The position numbers and the translations under genes were made by a program. The notes below the pieces were generated by a model that saw only the letters and a program-made list of their open reading frames with translations, made no database searches and was not told the DNA's origin. From Candidatus Methanogranum gryphiswaldense (GTDB lineage Archaea; Thermoplasmatota; Thermoplasmata; Methanomassiliicoccales; Methanomethylophilaceae), in assembly GCA_019262145.1 (NCBI GenBank), contig CP076745.1, positions 119,093-183,092 on the forward strand: a stretch of DNA of 64,000 bases, written 5' to 3'. Below are positions 49,676 through 59,646 of this stretch, piece by piece. Every line of letters begins with the position of its first letter. Position 1 is the first letter of the stretch.

Positions 49676-51553
49676 ATGGACCTTTTCCCGTACACTTATA
49701 GGGGTGAACAGGAGGCGATAGTACGTCAGATCCGCGATGCGGTGACTGATGGCATGTCTCTGGTCATCGAATCAGGTACGGGAACTGGAAAGACAGTAAC
49801 GTCGCTTACAGGAGCATTGGAAGCGGCCCTCGGTACAGGTAAGAAAGTCATATACTTGACGAGAACGAAATCCCAACAGAAACAGGTCATACAGGAGATC
49901 ACAAAGATCTCGGAGAAGAAAGATATTGTTTGCATCGGTCTTCAGGGAAGAAGCAGCACGACATGTCCTTTGATGAAGGATGATCCAGAACTTTTGTCCG
50001 GAACGTCCGAGGAATTGTCTAAACTCTGTTCAGAATATAAGAAACGAGAATCAGGCAGTTCTTCACATTGTATCTATTTTGATAATCTTGAAGAATTGGA
50101 TCCATCGACCTATGTCGATTACATAAGGAAGTGCCATCCTCAACCAGAGGAGTTCTTCGATCGATGCTTAGAAAATCGCACATGTCCTTATGAATTGACA
50201 AAACGTCTTCTACCACATGCAGACGTGATCGCCGTTCCATACCCTTTCATATTCTCCCCTCATGTGATCCAGCATTTCACACAATGGATGGGGGCATCTC
50301 TTTCAAATGTTGTTTTGATAGTGGACGAGGCCCATAACCTTCCTTCGTATCTAAGGGAGGTAATGACATGTGAATACACAGCAAGAGCATTGGAACTCGC
50401 AGAGAAGGAAGCTTTGGAATGGAATGACCCCGAGATATTCAGGGGATTTAAGATAACGGATATCACCGCGGTATTCAGGGAATGTATGGACAACGCTCTT
50501 GAAAGGTATATTGGTGCAGATGACGGCTTGTTGCCATACGGTTTTCTTCAAGATGAGATGATGGAAAGATTGGGTGTTTCGTCTCTGTCCTTAGATGCAA
50601 TATACAAAGGTATTATTGAGCAAGGAGAGATCATAATCTCTCAAAAAAAATCTGAGCGTAAACTTCCACGTTCTTATATCGGTTCTTTTGGGGCATTCAT
50701 GTTAGCATGGAATACGTGTGATGAGAACATATATGTCAGTTTGATAGTCAGTGGGAAAAATCCAAAGTTTGAAGCATTCTGTTTAGACCCATATGATGCC
50801 GCATTCCCTCTTAGGGAATGTTGGTCGTCTGTCAGTATGTCTGGTACATTGAACCCATTAATTGACTATTCACATGAATTAGGAATGGAAAATGCGATTG
50901 AAAAAGTTTTTCCAACTCCATTCCCCAAGGAGAATCTGAAGGTTTTGTATGTTGATGATGTGTCAACGAACTATGAGGAAATGAACAGTGGGCGGGAAGC
51001 GTATGATAGAATCGTTGATTATGTCATAAGATTGGTTCGTTGTACAGAAAGGAACACAGCGGTCTTCTTTCCCTCTTATGGTTTAATGGACAGATTCATT
51101 CATGACAATATACCGGAAATTTTGGAAAGAGAGATCTATTTTGAGAAGAGAGGAATGCTACAATCCGAATTAATGAATGTTGTCTCCGAATTCCGTTCTT
51201 CGGAAAAAAGTGTTCTGTTCTGTGTCATGGGAGGTAGGATCAGTGAGGGACTTGATTTTCCAGACAAGGAACTGGAACTCGCCATTCTAATAGGGATACC
51301 TTTTCCGAAACCAACTGCAAAACAAGAGGCTTTGAAGAGATACTGTGAATATCGTTTTGGTAATGGGTGGGAGCATGCAATAAAGGTTCCTGCTCAAAGG
51401 AAGATGAGGCAAGCAATAGGCCGTCTCATAAGATCGGAGACCGATAGAGGTGTTGCAGTGATATTGGACAGAAGAGCATCTACAATGAATGGTCTTGATG
51501 CTCGTCTGACACATGACCCTGTTAGCGATGTACGGGACTTCTTTGAAAAATGA
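49676..51553 (+). CDS. xpd: XPD/Rad3-family 5'-3' DNA helicase (FeS)
   Basis: Walker A ESGTGTGKT, DEAH box VDEAHNL, and four Cys of an FeS domain between them (CPLM...C...C...CPYE). The ORF-track start at 49442 overlaps the upstream gene. Confidence 0.85.
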   Translation: MDLFPYTYRGEQEAIVRQIRDAVTDGMSLVIESGTGTGKTVTSLTGALEAALGTGKKVIYLTRTKSQQKQVIQEITKISEKKDIVCIGLQGRSSTTCPLMKDDPELLSGTSEELSKLCSEYKKRESGSSSHCIYFDNLEELDPSTYVDYIRKCHPQPEEFFDRCLENRTCPYELTKRLLPHADVIAVPYPFIFSPHVIQHFTQWMGASLSNVVLIVDEAHNLPSYLREVMTCEYTARALELAEKEALEWNDPEIFRGFKITDITAVFRECMDNALERYIGADDGLLPYGFLQDEMMERLGVSSLSLDAIYKGIIEQGEIIISQKKSERKLPRSYIGSFGAFMLAWNTCDENIYVSLIVSGKNPKFEAFCLDPYDAAFPLRECWSSVSMSGTLNPLIDYSHELGMENAIEKVFPTPFPKENLKVLYVDDVSTNYEEMNSGREAYDRIVDYVIRLVRCTERNTAVFFPSYGLMDRFIHDNIPEILEREIYFEKRGMLQSELMNVVSEFRSSEKSVLFCVMGGRISEGLDFPDKELELAILIGIPFPKPTAKQEALKRYCEYRFGNGWEHAIKVPAQRKMRQAIGRLIRSETDRGVAVILDRRASTMNGLDARLTHDPVSDVRDFFEK

Positions 51554-51594
51554 TTTTCAGCAATTATATAAATGATGTAAGTCTGGGGTAAAGC

Positions 51595-51858
51595 ATGATC
51601 ACGGTCGATGAAGATGTCGTCAAGATGATTGAGTCTGAAGGACAGGATTACAGAGTATGTACGGCATGTATCGGACCTGCACTCGTTCCTGTTAAGGTAA
51701 AAAAACCCAAGGACACAGATATAAAGATCCTGATTGGGAAAAATACCTTGTACATATCTCGAGTACAGGCACAATATATTGACAGAGTTTCAATGGATAT
51801 GCTTTATGATGAGGAAGAAATCGATTCTTGTCCAGCATTCTATTATAGCAGGCATTGA
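51595..51858 (+). CDS. Small hypothetical protein
   Basis: 87 aa with a Cys pair VCTACIG plus a C-terminal Cys. Follows xpd after 41 nt. Confidence 0.5.
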   Translation: MITVDEDVVKMIESEGQDYRVCTACIGPALVPVKVKKPKDTDIKILIGKNTLYISRVQAQYIDRVSMDMLYDEEEIDSCPAFYYSRH

Positions 51859-52482
51859 TCAGATAAGAGAAGCATTTGAAGCTATACGCTCGGCTAAAAT
51901 CTCAGTTTCTGTAGTAATATCAAATGTGCATATCTTACCAGGATCGGCCTCTGTTATGGGTTTGAAAGGTACGAGTTTGCATCCAGATATTTGTTCCACG
52001 GAGATGTCGTAGGTGCCAATTTCCTTTGATATAGCTTCTATCTCAAGTTTATCATAGCCAATGAGGGGCCTTACTACGGGGAAATTCAAACCCGTATTTT
52101 CAGACCTTATGTTCTTGAGGGTTTGAGATGCCACCTGTCCAAGAGAATCCCCCATTATTATGCCGCTGCAGTCTAGTTTCTTTGCAAGTTCTCTTGCAGT
52201 CCTCTGCATCATTCTTTTGCACATCACACATTGATAGTTGTTATCACAGTTTTCTTTGATTTTTTCCTGTGAGATGTAATGTGGAGCGGAATAAAGGGGC
52301 ATTTCTTGTCCAGTGACCTCCCTTAGTCTCGCAGCGAGACGTTTAACATGATCGATTATGGCATCATCAGCATAAGGGCGATTGTCCATGTGCAAAAGAA
52401 TGATGTCTGCACCAGCATTCGCCATCATGTATGCTGCTACTGGGGAATCGATGCCGCCTGATAGAAGTGCAATTAGTTTCAT
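51859..52482 (-). CDS. ThiI-like PP-loop ATP pyrophosphatase lacking a THUMP domain
   Basis: PP-loop LLSGGIDSPVAAYMM, CxxC CVMCKRMM and a later Cys (ISGCKLVP). Only 207 aa, so there is no N-terminal ferredoxin-like/THUMP module. Confidence 0.75.
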   Translation of the reverse strand: MKLIALLSGGIDSPVAAYMMANAGADIILLHMDNRPYADDAIIDHVKRLAARLREVTGQEMPLYSAPHYISQEKIKENCDNNYQCVMCKRMMQRTARELAKKLDCSGIIMGDSLGQVASQTLKNIRSENTGLNFPVVRPLIGYDKLEIEAISKEIGTYDISVEQISGCKLVPFKPITEADPGKICTFDITTETEILAERIASNASLI

Positions 52483-52655
52483 GTGTTGTATCTGCCTACT
52501 TCAGCACCGCCGGGAGAGTCACCACAGAGATAATCCTCTTCCTCTTCGTTGATCAGACTGTATACGGCTCTGATGAATTCTTTCAAATCTTTGACTTCTG
52601 ATCTGAGGGCCTTTACTTCGGTCCTAAGGGACTCAATGTCCTGGATCTCATTCAT
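52479..52655 (-). CDS. Unannotated 58-aa ORF (coiled-coil plus acidic tail)
   Basis: Hand translation: MNEIQDIESLRTEVKALRSEVKDLKEFIRAVYSLINEEEEDYLCGDSPGGAEVGRYNT. ATGA overlaps with the csl4 stop and with the ThiI-like start. Confidence 0.45.
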   Translation of the reverse strand: MNEIQDIESLRTEVKALRSEVKDLKEFIRAVYSLINEEEEDYLCGDSPGGAEVGRYNT

Positions 52656-53212
52656 ATCTTCACATCACCGTAGTCATCTGCGATCTTTCTAGGGGAGGAA
52701 CGTTCGCATTCAGGACAGTAGAGGTTCTTACCTTTTCTTACCAGTTCTGTTTTACACGTTCCACATAGAGAACGGATAACTCCGAGATGATCCTCTTTTG
52801 TAGTCAATTGCAGGGACGGGCTGACGTCGATAACACGAGCGCGTATAAAATCTCCTTTTCTGAGTTCTTTGGAAACATCATCGGTATAGCCTTGGGAGAT
52901 CTTAGAAACATGTATTGTAGCATTGGTATCGCTTGCAATATCCCTTCTTGTACCTTCCTTTGCAACTACCTCGGCCGTTGCCATTGTCTTTCTAATATCG
53001 CCTATTATTCCGTAGACTATGTCTCCGATCTTCAATGTGTTTGGAGGGTTTGGGGAGATGACTCTGGCGACACATTCATCATCGTCAAGTTCGAGCAGGC
53101 CGATCTGTGATGCGTAGATTTTACCATCGCATGCAAATGTTCCGTCTGAAGCGAGATATTCTTCTTCTTCCGCGACTTCGTCACCGGGAAATACTTCAAT
53201 TTTTTTTGTCAT
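52652..53212 (-). CDS. csl4: Exosome complex RNA-binding subunit Csl4
   Basis: 186 aa with an N-terminal domain, an S1-like core and the C-terminal zinc ribbon CGTCKTELVRKGKNLYCPEC. Confidence 0.8.
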   Translation of the reverse strand: MTKKIEVFPGDEVAEEEEYLASDGTFACDGKIYASQIGLLELDDDECVARVISPNPPNTLKIGDIVYGIIGDIRKTMATAEVVAKEGTRRDIASDTNATIHVSKISQGYTDDVSKELRKGDFIRARVIDVSPSLQLTTKEDHLGVIRSLCGTCKTELVRKGKNLYCPECERSSPRKIADDYGDVKI

Positions 53213-53218
53213 TATGAA

Positions 53219-53815
53219 TCACCTTATGTTAACAACCACGATGTCAACGCTCTGTTTCTCTTTTTTATGGAATTCAAAGGTATGAGGGATATCGTACTTA
53301 TACGTTTTATTATAAACTATGTTCCTTTCTTTTTTATCCACGTATTCTTTGATAAAGTCCAATGTATCTGCCTTATGTATCGAGTATACGCATTCAGAGA
53401 TCTCCATGGCCTTATCTAGAAAAGCCCTGTCAGCTTTGCGATTCTGACATCCGAATGGAGGGTTCATGAACACGGTATCTGCCCCATCATCGATGTTTTT
53501 TACATCAGATAATTTGAAATCAAGGTTGGCGTTGAAAGATTTGGCGCATTCTTTTGCAATATCGAGTGCAGACTCTGAGACATCATATCCAACGACCATC
53601 CCAGCTCCTAAAAGCCAGGCGCCTATTGAGAATATTCCGGTTCCGCATCCGAGGTCTATGATCTTAAGGCCATCGACATCTCCGTTTTTGTACGCGTGAA
53701 ACAAGATATCTGCAGCTATGTTTGCAGGAGTGGGATACTGTTCTAGCGCAGGGTCCGGGTCTTTGAAGGGAAGCACTTTTTCGAGTGCGATTTCCAAATC
53801 TTTCTTTTTCATCAT
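53219..53815 (-). CDS. SAM-dependent methyltransferase, METTL5/COG2263-like
   Basis: SAM motif IIDLGCGTGIFSIGA and catalytic NPPF (VFMNPPFG). Confidence 0.75.
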   Translation of the reverse strand: MMKKKDLEIALEKVLPFKDPDPALEQYPTPANIAADILFHAYKNGDVDGLKIIDLGCGTGIFSIGAWLLGAGMVVGYDVSESALDIAKECAKSFNANLDFKLSDVKNIDDGADTVFMNPPFGCQNRKADRAFLDKAMEISECVYSIHKADTLDFIKEYVDKKERNIVYNKTYKYDIPHTFEFHKKEKQSVDIVVVNIR

Positions 53816-53893
53816 TGCACAGGGATATGTCTTTGATGGATAAATCTGTTTGAAAATAAAATCGGGTGGACATCGAGGTCCACCCTGTAAGTT

Positions 53894-55243
<1,350 letters not shown>

Positions 55244-55272
55244 TCAATTCACCCTTCGTCATTGAATCGTAT

Positions 55273-55302
55273 TTGTACAATTCAATTGAAGATATTGTAC
55301 AA
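55273..55302. promoter_or_regulatory. Two TTGTACAA palindromes 22 bp apart in the gdhA upstream region
   Basis: TTGTACAA at 55273-55280 and 55295-55302, which is 30-59 nt upstream of the gdhA ATG and downstream of a TTTTTATT TATA-like tract on the minus strand. Confidence 0.35.
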
Positions 55303-55386
55303 ATTCTTTTGTAGAATAAAAAGGTAATGTTCCTTGCTGGCGTAAAATATGGAGCAATATGTATGTTACATAGTCAATATAGATTA

Positions 55387-55394
55387 TTGTACAA
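55387..55394. promoter_or_regulatory. Third TTGTACAA palindrome in the gdhA-purH intergenic region
   Basis: The same 8-mer with a similar AT flank (ATTGTACAAAA). Confidence 0.3.
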
Positions 55395-55534
55395 AATATT
55401 AACTGTAAAGCCAATGAAAAAAACATACGCCGGGCGATAGCATCATTCTTTGCAGAATATGTTTATCTAACATTAGTCAATATGAGCGACAGTAGCGGCT
55501 AAGGTCCGTCATCCTCAGGAGAGGAGGTATTATC

Positions 55535-57085
55535 ATGGCAAAGATAAAAAGAGCAATAATCAGTGTTTCCGATAAAGCAGGCATTGTTGATTTTGCGAAG
55601 GAATTGTCATCGCTAGGCGTGGATATCATTTCCACTGGCGGAACATACAAACTTCTGAAAGAGAACGGTCTTAAGGTGACGGAGGTGTCAGAGGTTACAG
55701 GTTTTCCCGAGATGCTCGACGGTCGCGTGAAGACACTCCATCCAAAGATCCATGCAGGGATTCTGGCCAGAAGAGACCTTCCAGAACACATGGAGGCCAT
55801 AAAGGAAAAAGGCATAGAATCCTTAGACATGGTGGTCATAAATCTCTATCCGTTCAAACAGACGGTTTTGAAGAAAGGAGTAGAGTTCGAAGACATTGTT
55901 GAGAACATAGACATCGGTGGCCCCAGTATGATTCGTGCTGCTGCCAAGAATTACAAATCGGTGGCAGTCCTAACAAATCCTGATCAATATTCTGCTGTAT
56001 TAGGACAACTTAAAGATAAGGGAGAACTGGACGAATCAATCTTGGAAAGATTAATGGCCGAAGCCTTTGTGGTAACTGCAAATTATGATGCCATGATAGC
56101 TCAACAGATGAGTAGAAGATTCATAGACGGTTTCCCTAAATCCTATCCCATACCGATGGAAAAAGTTGAGGATTTGAGATATGGAGAGAATCCAAATCAA
56201 AAGGCAACGTTCTACCAGGAACCGTTTACACCAGGTATAACTGTTGCAAAAGCCGAGAAGTTACACGGAAAGGAACTCTCATACAACAATATTTTGGATC
56301 TGGACAAAGCATTGGACATTGTGATGGACTTTGACAGACCAACTGCAGTGGTTATGAAACATACAAATCCTTGTGGTCTTGCATCAGCAGATACGATATT
56401 CGAGGCATTCAAGACTGCATACAACGTCGATCCAATATCTGCGTTCGGATGTGTCATATGCCTCAACAGGAACTGTGATATGCAGACCGCAGATATGATC
56501 TCTCAGTATTTTGTAGAAGCTGTGATTTGCCCAGATTATGAAACGGGTACAATAGAGGTATTGGAGAGAAAGAAGAATATTCGTCTTTTGAGAACAAATG
56601 TATCAATTGGACCCTCTGGCAGATGCAGGGAATACAAAATGAGAAAGGTACAGGGTGGGATACTGGTGCAGACGGATGAAGATGTTTCCGTCAATCGCGG
56701 TAATCTTAAGATCGTTACGAAGCGTGCACCCACTGATGAAGAGATCGATTCTCTTCTTTTTGCGTGGAAACTTGCAAAGCACGTGACCTCAAATGCCGTA
56801 GTTTATGTTAAAGGTGAACGTGCGGTCGGCATAGGGGCAGGACAGATGAGTCGTGTAGATTCGGCGAAGATCGCGACGATGAAGGCCAATGAGCCCACAG
56901 AGGGATGTGTAATGGCCTCTGATGCCTTCTTTCCGTTCAGAGACGGTGTGGATGAGGCAGCAAAGGCTGGCGTCACAGCAATAATACAGCCAGGAGGCAG
57001 CATCAGGGATCAAGAGGTCATTGATGCTGCGAACGAGCATAATATCGCAATGGTATTCACAGGGTGCCGCGTATTCAGGCATTGA
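55535..57085 (+). CDS. purH: Bifunctional AICAR transformylase / IMP cyclohydrolase
   Basis: 516 aa with the MGS-like N-domain AIISVSDKAGIVDFAKEL and AICARFT block KHTNPCGLA. Confidence 0.95.
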   Translation: MAKIKRAIISVSDKAGIVDFAKELSSLGVDIISTGGTYKLLKENGLKVTEVSEVTGFPEMLDGRVKTLHPKIHAGILARRDLPEHMEAIKEKGIESLDMVVINLYPFKQTVLKKGVEFEDIVENIDIGGPSMIRAAAKNYKSVAVLTNPDQYSAVLGQLKDKGELDESILERLMAEAFVVTANYDAMIAQQMSRRFIDGFPKSYPIPMEKVEDLRYGENPNQKATFYQEPFTPGITVAKAEKLHGKELSYNNILDLDKALDIVMDFDRPTAVVMKHTNPCGLASADTIFEAFKTAYNVDPISAFGCVICLNRNCDMQTADMISQYFVEAVICPDYETGTIEVLERKKNIRLLRTNVSIGPSGRCREYKMRKVQGGILVQTDEDVSVNRGNLKIVTKRAPTDEEIDSLLFAWKLAKHVTSNAVVYVKGERAVGIGAGQMSRVDSAKIATMKANEPTEGCVMASDAFFPFRDGVDEAAKAGVTAIIQPGGSIRDQEVIDAANEHNIAMVFTGCRVFRH

Positions 57086-57147
57086 TATTTGGGGTCGCTT
57101 TGCGACCCTTCTTTAATGTCTTGTCCAGATATCGTAAGAAAGAGCGG

Positions 57148-57345
57148 TCATTTAGGTCTGCATATATCTTCTGGCGTAATGGGCTTTCCTTCTGCTTTTC
57201 TTTTCATATGTCCGCCGGGCCCACCACGTTCGATCCTCGCTTTTTCAATGCATTCGGGATCGTCGCATGTAAATGCTGCAAAAACAAAATTGGTGCAGGG
57301 CTTTCCACAAAATTGACATTTGTAATCGTTCAAATCTATTGCCAT
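57148..57345 (-). CDS. Small Cys-rich hypothetical protein
   Basis: 65 aa, CQFCGKPC...C....C followed by a basic tail. Sits 24 nt downstream of nadC on the same strand. Confidence 0.45.
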   Translation of the reverse strand: MAIDLNDYKCQFCGKPCTNFVFAAFTCDDPECIEKARIERGGPGGHMKRKAEGKPITPEDICRPK

Positions 57346-57369
57346 GTATGGAGAATAGGTGATTGTGGA

Positions 57370-58197
57370 TTAATTCTTTATGGGGTCAATATCCAAAGAA
57401 AAATCGATAGCTTTTACGGAGTGAGTGAGAGATCCCATAGATACGATATCAGCGCAACCTGCATATGAAAGCACGTTGTCTTCCGTAATGTTACCAGAGG
57501 CTTCAATTTTTGTTTTTGGAGAAATCATATTGACGTATTGTTTGAGACTTCTTGTATCTTCTGGGGACATATGATCCGCCATGATAATATCGACAGCGTA
57601 TCCGGCTACGATTTTTCCTTGTTCCAATGATACGACCTCAACATCGACCTTTACCGTCGGATCAATGTTCTTTAATTTTTTCATGGCGTTCTCAATATTT
57701 CCGCACGCGGCAATGTGATTGTCTTTGATCATGATCATATCATAGAGACCCATTCTATGCGGCCAGCCTCCGCCGAGTTCTACTGCTTTTTTTTCGTAAT
57801 ATCTGAAACCAGGTGTAGTTTTCCTTGTTGCAGCTATCATTAAATGAGGGTCTTTTGTCCTGATTATATTGGTGATCCTGGCGGTTTTAGTCGCTATGCC
57901 AGACATCCTCATAAGTATGTTGAGTGCGACTCTTTCGCCAGTGGTTATGGCCCTGAGTGGGCCATAAATAGACATTACTACAGTATTTTTTGTTACTGTG
58001 TCCCCATCTCTGCTTATGAGTTGACATTCCGCGCCCAATGCTTCGAAGACCTCTCTAGCTTCTTCTAGTCCTGCAATTACGGCTTCTTCCTCGCATAAGA
58101 TAGAGGCGGTGCCCGTTCTGTCAGGCACAAACATTTCAGTGGTTATGTCTCCACTTCCAACGTCTTCCTCTAGAAAGCGCTTAATGTCCTTTATCAT
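57370..58197 (-). CDS. nadC: Nicotinate-nucleotide pyrophosphorylase (carboxylating)
   Basis: 275 aa containing IMIKDNHIAACG. ATGA overlap with the upstream beta-CASP gene. Confidence 0.9.
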   Translation of the reverse strand: MIKDIKRFLEEDVGSGDITTEMFVPDRTGTASILCEEEAVIAGLEEAREVFEALGAECQLISRDGDTVTKNTVVMSIYGPLRAITTGERVALNILMRMSGIATKTARITNIIRTKDPHLMIAATRKTTPGFRYYEKKAVELGGGWPHRMGLYDMIMIKDNHIAACGNIENAMKKLKNIDPTVKVDVEVVSLEQGKIVAGYAVDIIMADHMSPEDTRSLKQYVNMISPKTKIEASGNITEDNVLSYAGCADIVSMGSLTHSVKAIDFSLDIDPIKN

Positions 58198-59429
58198 ACG
58201 TCTAACTCGAATTCTTCTCCTGTGTTTGGTAGGATCACATTGTAATCTTGCAGATCAGGGAGGAATAATTCTCTTGTCTCGGAGTGCATTATTATAACAT
58301 TCTCAGGGTCGCATCTGTTGATAAAGTTGATGAGCTCATCATGTCCAGCGTGTGCAGAGAAGTCGAATTTTTGTACTTCACATTCAATTTTGACGATCTC
58401 TTTGTCAACAACAATACATCCTTGTTCCATCAAGAGCCTTCCGTTGGTGTTCTCTGCCTGGTATCCAACAAGTAGTATGGCGTTCTTAGGATCGTTTTTC
58501 AGATCTCTAAGATATCCGAGTACGGGCCCTCCATCTAACATTCCACCTGTAGTGACGATGATCTGTCCCTTATTGGCCTGTTTCCTCATACCTGAGTTCC
58601 TAACCTCAGTGAATGCCCTTCTCGCGGATTTGAGTGCCCTCGGATCTCTTAGGTATTCCGGGTAATCAAGGAACAAACGTGTAACTGAACGTCCCATGCC
58701 GTCAACCCACATATCATATCCGAGGTCTTTCAGGAGTATCATGATCTCTTGTGTTCTTCCAACCGCGAAGCAAGGAATGATAACAGTTCCACCGCGGTCT
58801 ATTACTTCATCGACTTTGGCAATAAAATTCTCTATTGTGGTTTTTTTATCTGGATGATTGCGTCCACCATATGTTCCTTCAATGAACAGATTGGTGCATT
58901 TTACTGGTTTCGCACCTAGTACAAGTCCTTGATCCGCGGTGTGTATGTCGCCTGTGTAGACAGTACTGCTGTCACACGCAAATTCGAACATGGCCGCTCC
59001 TGGAACATGTCCTGCGGAATGAAATGTGACGTCTGTTTTTCCCAATTCTATTGTATCTCCGAATGTTAGGGGTGCCACGCATCTCATTGTTTTTTCAATA
59101 TCGGATTCACTGTATGGCTCATTATATCCTTCTGCTTTAGCGATCTTTAAGCTGTCATACATCATTAGTTCGGATACTTCAGCAGAAAGCGGCGTGGTAA
59201 AAAGCTCGCACCCATCTCTACCGCATACTGCAGGTACCATTCCACAGTGGTCCAAGTGGCAGTGTGTCAGGAAGACATGGTCGACCCTAGGGGCCACGAT
59301 TGGGTATTCTGGAGGTTTTGTCGGACTCATTCCATACTCGACGAGTATTGTCTTGCCGTCACCCTCTATTGTCATTCCCATACGGCCTACCATTTCTGCG
59401 CCACCGAGGAATCTAAATTTCATTAACAT
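58194..59429 (-). CDS. MBL-fold beta-CASP ribonuclease (KH-less, aCPSF2-like)
   Basis: 411 aa with motif LTHCHLDHCG, followed by beta-CASP/RMMBL-like C-terminal half ending FSAHAGHDEL. Confidence 0.8.
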   Translation of the reverse strand: MLMKFRFLGGAEMVGRMGMTIEGDGKTILVEYGMSPTKPPEYPIVAPRVDHVFLTHCHLDHCGMVPAVCGRDGCELFTTPLSAEVSELMMYDSLKIAKAEGYNEPYSESDIEKTMRCVAPLTFGDTIELGKTDVTFHSAGHVPGAAMFEFACDSSTVYTGDIHTADQGLVLGAKPVKCTNLFIEGTYGGRNHPDKKTTIENFIAKVDEVIDRGGTVIIPCFAVGRTQEIMILLKDLGYDMWVDGMGRSVTRLFLDYPEYLRDPRALKSARRAFTEVRNSGMRKQANKGQIIVTTGGMLDGGPVLGYLRDLKNDPKNAILLVGYQAENTNGRLLMEQGCIVVDKEIVKIECEVQKFDFSAHAGHDELINFINRCDPENVIIMHSETRELFLPDLQDYNVILPNTGEEFELDV

Positions 59430-59646
59430 AGTATTCTCCTTTTCGTAATTTTTTAACCTTCAAAGATGAAGGATTTTGTGAAAAGAGGTAGTGTACCTCT
59501 TTGACATTGATGAATGATGGAGGGCGAAATATCGCCCCACATTATAGGTGATGACGTAGGTTACATACTCGGCATATATTTAATTTCTCATAGATAGATG
59601 TTGAACTGCAATTTGGGGAAATCAAGGAAAAACTACTAAAACAAGT

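Noticed and set aside
55395-55534. A possible riboswitch (ZTP/pfl-like) in the long purH leader.
   Set aside because: I could not find the conserved ZTP motif elements. Such riboswitches are bacterial, and the region is AT-rich with little pairing potential.
59505-59560. A possible C/D-box sRNA, because of the UGAUGA-like motifs.
   Set aside because: There is no CUGA D or D' box on either strand within the expected 50-70 nt, so the C/D architecture is not satisfied.
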